Below, in pieces: positions 49,644-59,773 of a stretch of DNA of 64,000 nt. This DNA comes from Promethearchaeota archaeon (GTDB taxonomy: Archaea > Asgardarchaeota > Lokiarchaeia > Sigyniarchaeales > SOKP01), in NCBI GenBank assembly GCA_016839765.1, contig JAEOTP010000087.1:1-64000 (forward strand), given 5' to 3'. The notes beneath the pieces were generated by a model. That model saw only the letters and a list, made by a program, of their open reading frames with translations, was not told where the DNA came from and ran no database searches. How positions within the stretch are numbered: position 1 is the stretch's first letter; every line of letters begins with the position of its first letter. A program made the translations under genes and the position numbers.

Positions 49644-50708
49644 TTAATCCTTTCCTTCAATTAAATGTTCAGAGCAATCTATATGCCTTATCCAATAGAG
49701 ATCTTTTGGTAAAATATTGAATTTTTGACCTTCAGGTATCGATTCTTTAAATGCAAGTTTTACCAAAATATAAGGCATATTTGCTAGAGGAATGTTAAAT
49801 TTTTTAGCCGCGTAGGAGAAAAAATAGCTCGTTGTAAAAAATCTACCAGCGTTAATTTCTGTAGGGCAAATTTCTCCAGATTTATCCTCTTTTAAATCAA
49901 CACAAAATACCCCTGTAGCGTCTGGATCAATTGCTATTACTGTTTGGGTTGCCATTTTATTTATATTTTCATCATGTATAGTCTTAGCTACTATAGGGGT
50001 TCCTGTTACCCCTGAAGGAGCGAGATAGGGATAAATATATTCAATTCTTTCTCTAGCTTGTGAAGTAATTAATTCTCCATTTTTAAAAATACTTTGAAAA
50101 GCGATATTTCTGCCTGGTAAATATTCCTGGGTAATAAATTCCCATTTTTTCCCGCGGGAACGCCAATATTTTATCCAATTAACTCCAGTCTCTACATTTT
50201 CAACTGGAGTGCTTCCGGTGCCACCAGCACCTTTTTTGGCACGTATCCATAACTTTTCTCCAAGCAAATTAAAAGCATTTTCCAGATCACTTTCTAAATG
50301 GGTATCTCTTATTTCAATGGCTCTAACAGAAGGAAAATTTTTTTTTCTCCAAATAGCAGCACTAGAAAATTTATCTTGACAAATTCGAATTGTATCTTTT
50401 TTTGGTAAATATGTAATTGCGTTAAGTTTTTCACGATTTTCAGAAACATTGAAGACCTCAATATCAGGTTGAGGATGGATAAAATCTATTTTATATTGAT
50501 TTATTATTTCATTTAGGCTTGGTATATACTGATCCGAAACTGCCCGAGGAACTAAAAACATTTTTTCTGTCCAGGGTTTTCCAAATTCTAAATGATAAGG
50601 ATTAATATCTGTACCATATAATTTGATTTTTTCTTTGACTAAGTTTAATGATTTTAGAAAGTTTACTCCTGCTGGACCTCCAGAACCAGTAACTAATATT
50701 TTTTTCAT
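49644..50708 (-). CDS. ATP-grasp ligase (PylC/CarB-like N-terminus)
   Basis: ILVTGSGGPAG, CQDKF, GAGGTG, QEYLPG and TEINAGRF. Confidence 0.82.
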   Translation of the reverse strand: MKKILVTGSGGPAGVNFLKSLNLVKEKIKLYGTDINPYHLEFGKPWTEKMFLVPRAVSDQYIPSLNEIINQYKIDFIHPQPDIEVFNVSENREKLNAITYLPKKDTIRICQDKFSSAAIWRKKNFPSVRAIEIRDTHLESDLENAFNLLGEKLWIRAKKGAGGTGSTPVENVETGVNWIKYWRSRGKKWEFITQEYLPGRNIAFQSIFKNGELITSQARERIEYIYPYLAPSGVTGTPIVAKTIHDENINKMATQTVIAIDPDATGVFCVDLKEDKSGEICPTEINAGRFFTTSYFFSYAAKKFNIPLANMPYILVKLAFKESIPEGQKFNILPKDLYWIRHIDCSEHLIEGKD

Positions 50709-50810
50709 GATTGCCTTAAAGTAATTTAATAAAAATTATGATTGTAAAAATTTTGTGAAAAATATTAATATTGGGTTTTAATTAAAGGGAATCATAGTAT
50801 ACATCAAAGT

Positions 50811-52175
50811 CTATGTTCCCAACTCTTTCATTTTGTCAATTTCTCTCCAAAAAAATTTGATTGTTAACAAATACCATAAAATCAATCCTGGAGTAACTAA
50901 AAGTATCGAAAAAAGGATATTACTGGGAATAATAATTATTCCTAAGTTAACATCCTCTTGAAAAATCGACATAATAACAGAATCGATAAAAATCAATGAT
51001 ATGCTAATTATACCTAAAAGAACTATCATTAGAATTACCGTTCCTCTTATTCTGGGGAAAAAGTATGAAATTAAAATTATTAAAACTAAAAAAATCATGA
51101 AAAAAAGAAGAAATGTAAGATCATCTAAATTTCCCAATGTCCACTGTATTGATATGAATGCTGTTATGGAAAAAATCCCACAAATAATTGAAATAATATA
51201 AAATTGTTTTATTAATTCTGATTCTTTTAATGGTCCTTTTGCTAAGATTAATCTAGGTAAGGTTAATGCTGCATCCTTTTGATCCGAAGCCTTTATTCTA
51301 TCATCCTCTAAAAGAATTATATCGTTTTTCTGAGTTTGAATCTCACTGCTTTCTAAAAAACCTTTTACAGAACTAATCACATAAAAACTATTAATAACTT
51401 GAATGAGAAGCGCGCAAAATACTGCAACCTCTAAAGACCCTAATAATGCAATACACGCAAAAAGAGAACCCATGCCTAAAGTACCCACATCTCCAGGAAA
51501 TATTTTAGCAGGGAATTTATTATATAGGAAAAAAGGAATCAAAACACTAATTCCAGAAATAATGAATATCAAAGCTTCAGCAGAATTCCAGATTATTGCA
51601 CAAATTAGAAGAAAAAATAATGCAATTAAGGATGTCCCTGAGCCTTCACCATTATATCCTTCTAGCATATTTGATGTATTCGCAAAAAAAGCTACGATTA
51701 AAGGAGCCACAAATGGATAAATTCTTGTTAGTCTTGTAAACCCAAGGAAAGGTATTGTAGGAGAATGGATGGTTATAAAACCAAAAAAATTTGCTACAAA
51801 AATAATTACTCCTGTAAAAATTGTTAATAAAATCTTAGATAGTGATCTTAATTTTATCCGATCATCAATAAAACCAATTGCTCCGGATAATAAAATCGTT
51901 AAGAGGAAAACTAACAATTCATTACGCAAAACAGGAAAAAAAATAATAGAGAATAACGAAGTTACAGTCAATCCAAGGATAATACTTAAGCCTCCTGATT
52001 CCGGAATTTCAGGTTTTGCATTTTTGTGAATATCATATCCAAGATACCCTTTTTTCCTCATGAATTTCATGAGATAAGGTATAAATGCATAAGTTACAAG
52101 AAAGCCACTAAGAAAAATAATGATTAAATAGAATATTTCAAGTATTTCCCAGTTTAATTGTGATATTAGAATCAT
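50811..52175 (-). CDS. aglH: UDP-GlcNAc:dolichyl-phosphate GlcNAc-1-phosphate transferase (AglH/DPAGT1, MraY family)
   Basis: GYDIHK...IPESGG, GFIDD, NTSNMLEGYNGEG and YNKFPAKIFPGDVGT. Confidence 0.85.
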   Translation of the reverse strand: MILISQLNWEILEIFYLIIIFLSGFLVTYAFIPYLMKFMRKKGYLGYDIHKNAKPEIPESGGLSIILGLTVTSLFSIIFFPVLRNELLVFLLTILLSGAIGFIDDRIKLRSLSKILLTIFTGVIIFVANFFGFITIHSPTIPFLGFTRLTRIYPFVAPLIVAFFANTSNMLEGYNGEGSGTSLIALFFLLICAIIWNSAEALIFIISGISVLIPFFLYNKFPAKIFPGDVGTLGMGSLFACIALLGSLEVAVFCALLIQVINSFYVISSVKGFLESSEIQTQKNDIILLEDDRIKASDQKDAALTLPRLILAKGPLKESELIKQFYIISIICGIFSITAFISIQWTLGNLDDLTFLLFFMIFLVLIILISYFFPRIRGTVILMIVLLGIISISLIFIDSVIMSIFQEDVNLGIIIIPSNILFSILLVTPGLILWYLLTIKFFWREIDKMKELGT

Positions 52176-52434
52176 AGAATCGATTTGTTAATTATTTTTT
52201 TTAAAATAAAATATGACTTTAAGAAATTATCCATAATTTAAATTAATTTTTCTACAACTCTTTAGATGTGAAGTTTTGTTGAAACATATAATGAAAGATA
52301 TAATAAAGGGACAGTATTTAAAAATATAATAATAATTAAATTTTCATTTTAAACCAAGTAATAGATTAATTTAAAGGTTTCTGATAATAATTAGAGGAGT
52401 AGAATCCTATATAAATAATTAAAAAAGAATCATA

Positions 52435-53439
52435 ATGGAAATCAAGGATAAAAATGTTTTAATAACAGGCGGAGCAGGATTTATCGGATCTCATTTAGCA
52501 GATCGTATTATAAAAGAGAAAGCGAAGAATATAATAATATATGATAACTTTTCAACAGGAAATAAAGAGTTCATCCAAAACAAACAATTTAAGATTATTG
52601 AGGGTGATATATTAGATTTTAATAAATTAAATTCATGCATGAAAAATATAGACATTGTTTCACACCATGCTGCTGAATTAGAAGTTTTTACGGGAATAGA
52701 AAATATCTTACATGACTTAAAGACGAATATTATAGGTACTCTAAATGTTTTAAATGCTTCTTTAAAAAATAATATTAAAAAATTAGTATATGCGTCATCG
52801 GGAGGCGTTTATGGTCAAGCACAATTTATACCAGAAACAGAAAACCATCCACTTTTACCTCATTGGCCTTATGGCGTAAGTAAATTAGCGGGAGAGAAGT
52901 ATTGTAGCCAGTATTTTTTATTAAATAACCTCCCAACTATCTCTCTGAGATATGGAATAGTATATGGTCCTCGAGAATGGTATGGAAGAGTATTAACAAT
53001 ATTTATAAAACGTCTATTAGAGGGGAAATCACCCGTTATTTTCGGTGATGGTAAACAAAGAAGGGATTTCGTATATATATCAGATGTTGTTGAAGCAAAT
53101 ATAATGGCAATAAAAAGTGAAAAGGCCAATGGGATGGTGTTCAATGTTGGTGGAGGAACCTCATACTCAATTATTGATTTAGCACATATTTTAATAAAAC
53201 AATTTGGAAATTATATATTAAATCCAATTTTTGACAATCCTGCACCAGGTAAAGCCAGTAGCTATCAACCAGATCGAAGAAGATTGCCAGGAGAATTACA
53301 AGATTTTATACTCGATAATTCTCTAATTCATGAGACATTAGGATATCAACCAAAAACGAGTTTTGTTGAAGGGTTAAAGAAAGAAATTGAATGGATTACT
53401 AAAAACCCAGAATTTTGGAACTACAAACCACGTGTTTAA
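52435..53439 (+). CDS. NAD-dependent nucleotide-sugar epimerase/dehydratase (extended SDR)
   Basis: TGGAGFIGSH, ASSGGVYG, YGVSK and GDGKQRRDFVYISDV. Confidence 0.92.
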   Translation: MEIKDKNVLITGGAGFIGSHLADRIIKEKAKNIIIYDNFSTGNKEFIQNKQFKIIEGDILDFNKLNSCMKNIDIVSHHAAELEVFTGIENILHDLKTNIIGTLNVLNASLKNNIKKLVYASSGGVYGQAQFIPETENHPLLPHWPYGVSKLAGEKYCSQYFLLNNLPTISLRYGIVYGPREWYGRVLTIFIKRLLEGKSPVIFGDGKQRRDFVYISDVVEANIMAIKSEKANGMVFNVGGGTSYSIIDLAHILIKQFGNYILNPIFDNPAPGKASSYQPDRRRLPGELQDFILDNSLIHETLGYQPKTSFVEGLKKEIEWITKNPEFWNYKPRV

Positions 53440-53461
53440 ATAAATATTTAGAAGGGATTCC

Positions 53462-54532
53462 ATGAAAATATGGTTAGATTTTTGTGAACCAAAGAGTGTG
53501 ACTATGTTAAGACCTCTTTATGAGAGCTTAATAGAAGATCATAATGTTTTTATAACAGCTAGGGATTTTGATTCAACTCATTTCTTATTAGATCAATGGA
53601 ATGGTGACTACATTCCTGTAGGAAGCTATGGTGGTGGAACACTAGAAGGAAAACTATTAGCTTATTCGAACAGATTATCTAGATTAATAAAAATTATAAT
53701 CAAAAGAAAACCTAATTTTTTATTTTGTATAACATCTCCAGAAGCGATGAGAATTTCGTTTGGTCTTCAAATTCCTAATATTATGTTTAATGATGAACCA
53801 CGATCTTATGGTCCATGCTCCACAACTTTTCCATATGTTAATCAAATTATAGTTCCTCAATGTATCCCTATCGAATGGTATTTAGATTATGGGTTAAAGG
53901 AGGAGAGAATAATAAGATTTAATGGGATTGATGAGGTTGGATGGCTCTCAGATTTTAAACCAAATAGAGAAATTATTAAATCCCATGGGCTTAATCCTGA
54001 AAGCTATATTATATGTCGAACAGAACCATCAAAAGCAGGGTATTTAACAGATAAAATGGCTCCTCATGAAACAAAATTAAGTGAAATCATACCAAAATTA
54101 CTAGAAAATGAATTTGATTTTAAATTTTTAATATTGACACGGAATATTGAACAGTTTAAATATTTAAATAAATTTTTTAAGGAATATATCAAACAAAATG
54201 TAATAAGGGTTTACACTGGATTAAACAATCTAGCACATTTTATGTTTTATGCTAAAATGGTTATAACTGGAGGAGGTACGATGGTTAGAGAATCTGCGTT
54301 ATTAGGTGTTCCTTCAATAGAATTTTTTCCATTAGCTACATATCCTCAAGAGCAATTTCTTATAGATCATGGTTTTCCATTAAAACATGTAAAGAATGCC
54401 GATTTAATAATTAATACTGCTTTAAGATTTTTAGAAAAGAATTATAAGATAAACACAAAGGAGAAAGTAAGACAATTAGAAAATCCAATAGACATAGCTT
54501 TAAATGAATTTAGTAAAAAAATGAAAAATTAG
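53462..54532 (+). CDS. DUF354 GT-B fold protein
   Basis: MKIWLD...PK, ITARD, SPEA.R.SFGL.IP and GGGTMVRESALLGVPSI. Confidence 0.85.
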   Translation: MKIWLDFCEPKSVTMLRPLYESLIEDHNVFITARDFDSTHFLLDQWNGDYIPVGSYGGGTLEGKLLAYSNRLSRLIKIIIKRKPNFLFCITSPEAMRISFGLQIPNIMFNDEPRSYGPCSTTFPYVNQIIVPQCIPIEWYLDYGLKEERIIRFNGIDEVGWLSDFKPNREIIKSHGLNPESYIICRTEPSKAGYLTDKMAPHETKLSEIIPKLLENEFDFKFLILTRNIEQFKYLNKFFKEYIKQNVIRVYTGLNNLAHFMFYAKMVITGGGTMVRESALLGVPSIEFFPLATYPQEQFLIDHGFPLKHVKNADLIINTALRFLEKNYKINTKEKVRQLENPIDIALNEFSKKMKN

Positions 54533-54541
54533 GAGTTCATC

Positions 54542-55651
54542 TTATATTGATAAGAATTTTTCATAAACATTCTCTAATTTTTCTCCGACAGAATTCCACG
54601 AATATCTGGATATAAAGTTTTGAGCATGCTTAAGTAATTCTTTGCGCTTTTCATCATCATTAATCAAATTTATTAGTTCCCTTGCTAAAAATTTCGGATT
54701 TTTGGGTGGAACAAAAATGGCATTGTCTTGCAAAACTTCCTTATATGTTCCTATAGAAGAACAAATGGCGGGTGTTCCACACGCAATTGCTTCAATTGGA
54801 GTTAACCCAAATCCTTCTGAAGAATATGAATAAGTAATAAAAACATCACCCATACTATAATAAATCGGAAGTTCTACTTCTGGAATGAAACCAATAAAAT
54901 GAACATCTTCATATTTTTGTTTCCACTTTTTATAAATTTCCTTCATATAAAAATCTGGAGTTCCACCAATTACTAATTCAAGATTAGTTATTTCTTTTTT
55001 TGCATATTTATATGCTTTAATAACATTTTCAATATCCTTATACAAAGCTATACGTCCAATATATAACGCTACAGGGCCGATTAACCCTAAATTTTCTTTA
55101 AGTTGCTCTGCTTTTTTAGGATAAGGTTTAAATTTGCTTTCAATAGCCGAATATAAATTATGAACTTTTTTTAGTTCAATTTTAGGGAAGAATTTTTTAA
55201 TTTGCTGTTTAGTAAATTCTGAACATGTTGTTATGAGATTAGCCTTCTTAATAACCTCATTAATTAATATCTTCTCAATTGGAATGAATGAAAAACTAGA
55301 TTCAATAGGTCCTAAATCATGAATAGTTGAGATGAAATTTTTTTTGTTGTATAATAGTAAGGGTAAAGTACCTTTTGGTCCATTTCCATGTATAATATCA
55401 AAATCAGTATTTCTTAGAAAATTAATGACTTTTAATACGAATTGAGGTATCCATAAATAACTCTTTCGAATTATTTTAATTTGTGAAACATTCGGATCAT
55501 CTAAATTGAGGTTCCATTTACCAGTTATAACCTTAACATCATGACCTCTATTTTTCAGATAATTATATATACCTGAAAAAAATTTTGCACTTCCATCTTG
55601 ACTATCTGGAGAAATTGTTAAAGAAACAAGAGCAATTTTCAACTTCTTCAT
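54542..55651 (-). CDS. Glycosyltransferase family 4
   Basis: EGFGLTPIEAIACGTPAICS, STIHDL and YIGRI. Confidence 0.92.
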   Translation of the reverse strand: MKKLKIALVSLTISPDSQDGSAKFFSGIYNYLKNRGHDVKVITGKWNLNLDDPNVSQIKIIRKSYLWIPQFVLKVINFLRNTDFDIIHGNGPKGTLPLLLYNKKNFISTIHDLGPIESSFSFIPIEKILINEVIKKANLITTCSEFTKQQIKKFFPKIELKKVHNLYSAIESKFKPYPKKAEQLKENLGLIGPVALYIGRIALYKDIENVIKAYKYAKKEITNLELVIGGTPDFYMKEIYKKWKQKYEDVHFIGFIPEVELPIYYSMGDVFITYSYSSEGFGLTPIEAIACGTPAICSSIGTYKEVLQDNAIFVPPKNPKFLARELINLINDDEKRKELLKHAQNFISRYSWNSVGEKLENVYEKFLSI

Positions 55652-55694
55652 GTACAGAATTTTTTTTCTTTTTTCAATTGATAAATAATATGAT

Positions 55695-56675
55695 TTAAGT
55701 TAGTTGTTCATAACCGTCTTCGGTTATTAATATAGTTTCTTCAGTTTGAGCTACATAAGTACCTTTTTGTTCGGCCAAAACATTATGAACTTTCAATTTA
55801 TCTTGTTGCACTAGTTCTTGAAGTCCAAAAAGAACACCCATTCTAAATTCTTTACCTAACCATCTTTCAGCAAATGGTAAAGTTTTATAATTTTTATTAA
55901 TAAATCCTAGGATTTGTTTTGAAAATTTCCTTCTTAAAGGAACTCTCCCTGTATATGGATTAAGTTCGTAAATATATGAGGCATTTGTGTAATGAACGGA
56001 ACCATTTCCTGTTGAGGCAAATATTTCAACAGCAAACACATCTCCTTCTTCCATTATATCACCACTTTGAGATCCTAATTCTGGAAGTTGTTTTTTGCCA
56101 TGAACTGTCCATCTTTCAACTTGATGTCCACCAAGTTCTTTAATTGGAATATATTTAAATCCTCTAACAATATCTTCAATTTTCTTTCCTATATTTTTTG
56201 TATTAATTTTTGGTTTAGCTATCATTTTTGCCGCTTCTACAGCCACTTCTGTTGCTTGAATAATATTTTCTAATACTTTTTCATCATTAAAACTTATAGT
56301 GAAAGCCGTATCAACAATATATCCTTCAATATGTACTCCTAAATCAATTTTTACAATATCTCCATTCTTTATCACAAGATTATCGTCTTTTAATGGAGAT
56401 GTGTAATGAGCTGCGACATTATTTATTCCTATATTTACAGGAAAAGCACAACCGCCTCCTAATTCCACTATTTTAGATTCTGTTGATTCAATTAAATCTA
56501 AAACTTTAGTATCTACTTTTATCCTTGGTTTAATAAAGCTTTTAACTTCTTGAGCTATTTTTCCAGCTTTTCTGAGTGATTCAATTTCATGTTGTTTTTC
56601 TTCTGCTTCTTTTTCTAGTTCCTCTTTGCTTTTCTTTTCATCAGATTTAGTTTTTAATTTTTGATCCTTACTCAT
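55695..56675 (-). CDS. map: Methionine aminopeptidase type II
   Basis: AFPVN...NNVAAHYT, KIDLGVHIEGYIVDTAFT, GGH, AVEIFASTG and AQTEET. Confidence 0.95.
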   Translation of the reverse strand: MSKDQKLKTKSDEKKSKEELEKEAEEKQHEIESLRKAGKIAQEVKSFIKPRIKVDTKVLDLIESTESKIVELGGGCAFPVNIGINNVAAHYTSPLKDDNLVIKNGDIVKIDLGVHIEGYIVDTAFTISFNDEKVLENIIQATEVAVEAAKMIAKPKINTKNIGKKIEDIVRGFKYIPIKELGGHQVERWTVHGKKQLPELGSQSGDIMEEGDVFAVEIFASTGNGSVHYTNASYIYELNPYTGRVPLRRKFSKQILGFINKNYKTLPFAERWLGKEFRMGVLFGLQELVQQDKLKVHNVLAEQKGTYVAQTEETILITEDGYEQLT

Positions 56676-56903
56676 TAAAATTAGTAAATGTAAATATTGA
56701 TAAAAATATTTTTTAAAAGGCTTATTATTTCAGACTAAAAAGAAAAATAAAAATAAATAAAGTAAATATTAATAATTAAATATAGTTAATTTTAATAGAT
56801 CATATAATTGAATAATTTATTACCCATTTAATTTGAATTTTTGTTGAGGAAAACGTCAAGGAGATCAATTCTACAACATAATACATTATGGAGGAAATAA
56901 ATC

Positions 56904-57275
56904 TTGTCTGAAAATATCAGTGAACTTACAGATCTGCTAAGAAAATTATCTGCTGTAAATTCGGATATAGAAGGGTCGGCTATTGTTAGTGTACAAGGAC
57001 TTCCGATTTGTTCTGTTTTAAGCCGTGATGTAAATGATGGTATTGTATCTGCTATGTCAGCAGCAATTCAGAGTGTATCAGAAAGAGCGGTTGAGGAATT
57101 AGATCGGGGAGGTTTAAAAAGGATTCTTATTGAGGGGGTAAGTGGAATTATAATTTTATCAAAAGCCGGTGAAAATGCTATATTGTGTACATTATGCCAT
57201 GCAAACGCAAGTTTAGGAATGGTTTTTCTCAATATTCAAAGTGTCGCAAATAGAATAGCAGCTTTATTGGATTAA
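56904..57275 (+). CDS. Roadblock/LC7 domain protein
   Basis: IEGSAIVSVQGLPICS...VSAMSAA...ERAVEELDRGGLKRILIEG...LGMVF. TTG start preceded by SD GGAGG. Confidence 0.92.
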   Translation: MSENISELTDLLRKLSAVNSDIEGSAIVSVQGLPICSVLSRDVNDGIVSAMSAAIQSVSERAVEELDRGGLKRILIEGVSGIIILSKAGENAILCTLCHANASLGMVFLNIQSVANRIAALLD

Positions 57276-57344
57276 TTTTAATGATATAAAAATTATATAA
57301 TTGATTTTAGAATTACTTATTCTTTAAGGATATCAAGAGAAAAT

Positions 57345-58646
57345 TTGGATGAATTCAATTTGAGTATGCAAAATGAATCAGAAAGGAGAAAGTTAGAAAA
57401 TAAATATCATGGATATTTATCTTACTTTTTAAAAAATAAAAAATTTGAAAAAATTAGAAAATTAATTGAGAAATCGATAGATTTAGATATTTTTATCAAT
57501 CCCCGTAAAATTCCCAATCGAATTGAAATAATTTCCAATTTATTAGTAGAATGTATTAGAAATCTTAATATAGGTGAAATTTTTAATATTTTGAGGTTTG
57601 TTAATAAATACAATTTAGTTGATAGAGATTTAACTGATTCAGAATTAAAAATTGTTGAGGAAATTAAAATTAATTCTTTATTCATTACTAATTTAATAGA
57701 TTTATTCGGAAATGTTTCTAATTCTTTTATATTTTACGTTAGAAAAGTAATGCCTTCCAATTTATATAGCTATTATAACAATTATTTTAGCGAATATTCT
57801 TTTTATTCTAATGATGGTTATGATATAAATTTAATCTTGAATTACTTAAACGAATATAGTGTTTATGGATTAACTATTAAGCTATTGGGCAATTTGGAGG
57901 ATTTTATTAGCTCATTTAATAATAACTATGTGAATAAAAATGAGAAATTTATCGAGTTTAAATTTGCAAACAAAAAACATTTAGTTTCACCGAAAAACAT
58001 CTTAAAAAACATGAAAAAAATTACTTCTCGCGAACAATATAAATTCTATAGCTTATCAATGGTTATTTTATATGGAATTGGTCCTCAAGGATTTGGATTC
58101 ACCTTTTCAACACCCAAAGGGGAGGTGATTGAAATCTGTTCTGATGTTAAAGAAAATGAAGCAATAATTATCAAATATAAAGAATTCTTAACAGAACGGT
58201 TTTTATTAAAACTAGAGCAAGAATTTATTGATCTTAATGTTGAGGGTTCAACTATAGATAAATTAAATATTTATCTCTTAGAATTAATTAAACCTAAGAA
58301 CTTAATTAACTATTATAAGAAGGACGAGATTTTAGGTAAAATTAAATATTTTTTTGATTCTAATATTTCGAATTCAATTAATAAAAAACAACATTTTCAA
58401 AAGTTAATAAATAAAATTTCAAAAAGAATTTCTAAAATTTTAAGGCCAATTGAAATGATTGACCAATTTAAAGTTAGAATGGATTTGTTAGCAGATGATA
58501 AGTTAAGATCTGAAGATATAGCAAAACTCACGAGTTTAAAAGAAAAATCCCATTATGATGTTCTTAGAGAGCGTGTTTTTCTTCAATATATTGTGGATTG
58601 GTTTTATAAAATATATTTGGAAAACGAAGCTGATATGAAAGATTAA
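57345..58646 (+). CDS. Hypothetical protein
   Basis: 433-aa ORF with conserved-looking islands (GIGPQGFGFTFSTPKGEVIEICSD, SHYDVLRER). No family recognised. Confidence 0.7.
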   Translation: MDEFNLSMQNESERRKLENKYHGYLSYFLKNKKFEKIRKLIEKSIDLDIFINPRKIPNRIEIISNLLVECIRNLNIGEIFNILRFVNKYNLVDRDLTDSELKIVEEIKINSLFITNLIDLFGNVSNSFIFYVRKVMPSNLYSYYNNYFSEYSFYSNDGYDINLILNYLNEYSVYGLTIKLLGNLEDFISSFNNNYVNKNEKFIEFKFANKKHLVSPKNILKNMKKITSREQYKFYSLSMVILYGIGPQGFGFTFSTPKGEVIEICSDVKENEAIIIKYKEFLTERFLLKLEQEFIDLNVEGSTIDKLNIYLLELIKPKNLINYYKKDEILGKIKYFFDSNISNSINKKQHFQKLINKISKRISKILRPIEMIDQFKVRMDLLADDKLRSEDIAKLTSLKEKSHYDVLRERVFLQYIVDWFYKIYLENEADMKD

Positions 58647-58684
58647 TTAATAAGCATTAGGTGCCTTTATTAGTTTAAAGTAAA

Positions 58685-58825
58685 TTAAAAATTACCAATA
58701 CCTCCCCCGAGTGCCCCAAAAATTGCTCCGAATAAAATAATTAGTATTAACAGTAGCCATCCAAATCCAGCACCTATCATTAATGAACCAAATTGGTCTA
58801 AAAGTATAAATATTGCATACCCGTA
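58685..58825 (-). pseudogene. Probable remnant of a glycine-zipper membrane protein gene
   Basis: Minus-strand frame YGYAIFILLDQFGSLMIGAGFGWLLLILIILFGAIFGALGGGIGNF*, in a GC-richer patch of an AT-rich spacer. Confidence 0.4.
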
Positions 58826-58915
58826 TATTATTATATATTTTAAATAAAAATAATTCTATAGTATGTAAAGTATTAAAAATTAATTTTTTAAATTATAAAA
58901 AGGTGAATCATAAAA

Positions 58916-59617
58916 TTGTTCGCTACCATCGAAGGATGGCTTAACGGGATTTCTGCTTTGGGTGTACTTTCTATAAATCTAATAATAGGCTTTTATGGGT
59001 TATATAAAGCAAGTAAATTGAAAGCTAAACTTCTTACTGTTACTGCACTGACTATTATTTTTGTTGGATTTTTATGGCTAGGTCCAACAACAGATTTTAT
59101 CAAAATTCTTATAACAGATTCTAATATTGACCCATATTGGGTATATCCATTACTAAGTTATATGTGGGCTGCTCCGGGTATAACTTTGGGTATGTATATT
59201 GGCGGAGAATTATTGATACCAAAAAAGAAATGGATTCTAGTGGGGATTTTCCTTATTATAAGTATTGTTTATGAATATTTTCTTTTTTCGAATCCTTTAG
59301 GTTCTTTTCATTTTGATTTACCAACACCCGGTTCAGATTTGATTGATACATCTAGTAATTATTCGTATTACACTTCCTACTTTTTAATTGTTTTTATACT
59401 ATCTATTTTAATCTTTAACGGTATTGGGTTCTTAATGAAAGCTAAGCAAGCAACAGGGATTTTAAGAAGAAAATTTCTATACCTATCCCTTGGCTTTATT
59501 GTCTTTGCAATCATTGTAATTTTTGATTCAGTAGTTCCTCCTGTGACTGCCTTATTTATTGTTAGATTTGGAATTATAGTAAGTAGCATTTTATTATATC
59601 TCGGAATTAAAACCTAA
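58916..59617 (+). CDS. Seven-TM hypothetical membrane protein
   Basis: About seven hydrophobic segments; TTG start preceded by SD AGGTGA. Confidence 0.7.
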   Translation: MFATIEGWLNGISALGVLSINLIIGFYGLYKASKLKAKLLTVTALTIIFVGFLWLGPTTDFIKILITDSNIDPYWVYPLLSYMWAAPGITLGMYIGGELLIPKKKWILVGIFLIISIVYEYFLFSNPLGSFHFDLPTPGSDLIDTSSNYSYYTSYFLIVFILSILIFNGIGFLMKAKQATGILRRKFLYLSLGFIVFAIIVIFDSVVPPVTALFIVRFGIIVSSILLYLGIKT

Positions 59618-59773
59618 AATTTATTTATTTTTTTTATTTTATTATTTTAATTTCTTTAAACAAGCGGAATATAAGTGGAACGAAGAAATAATTAAAAGTC
59701 TAAATACTTAGTTATTTTCCAGTTAATTTGATTTAAAAAAATCTCTCTTTAAAAATATAATTTTCAAAGAAGC

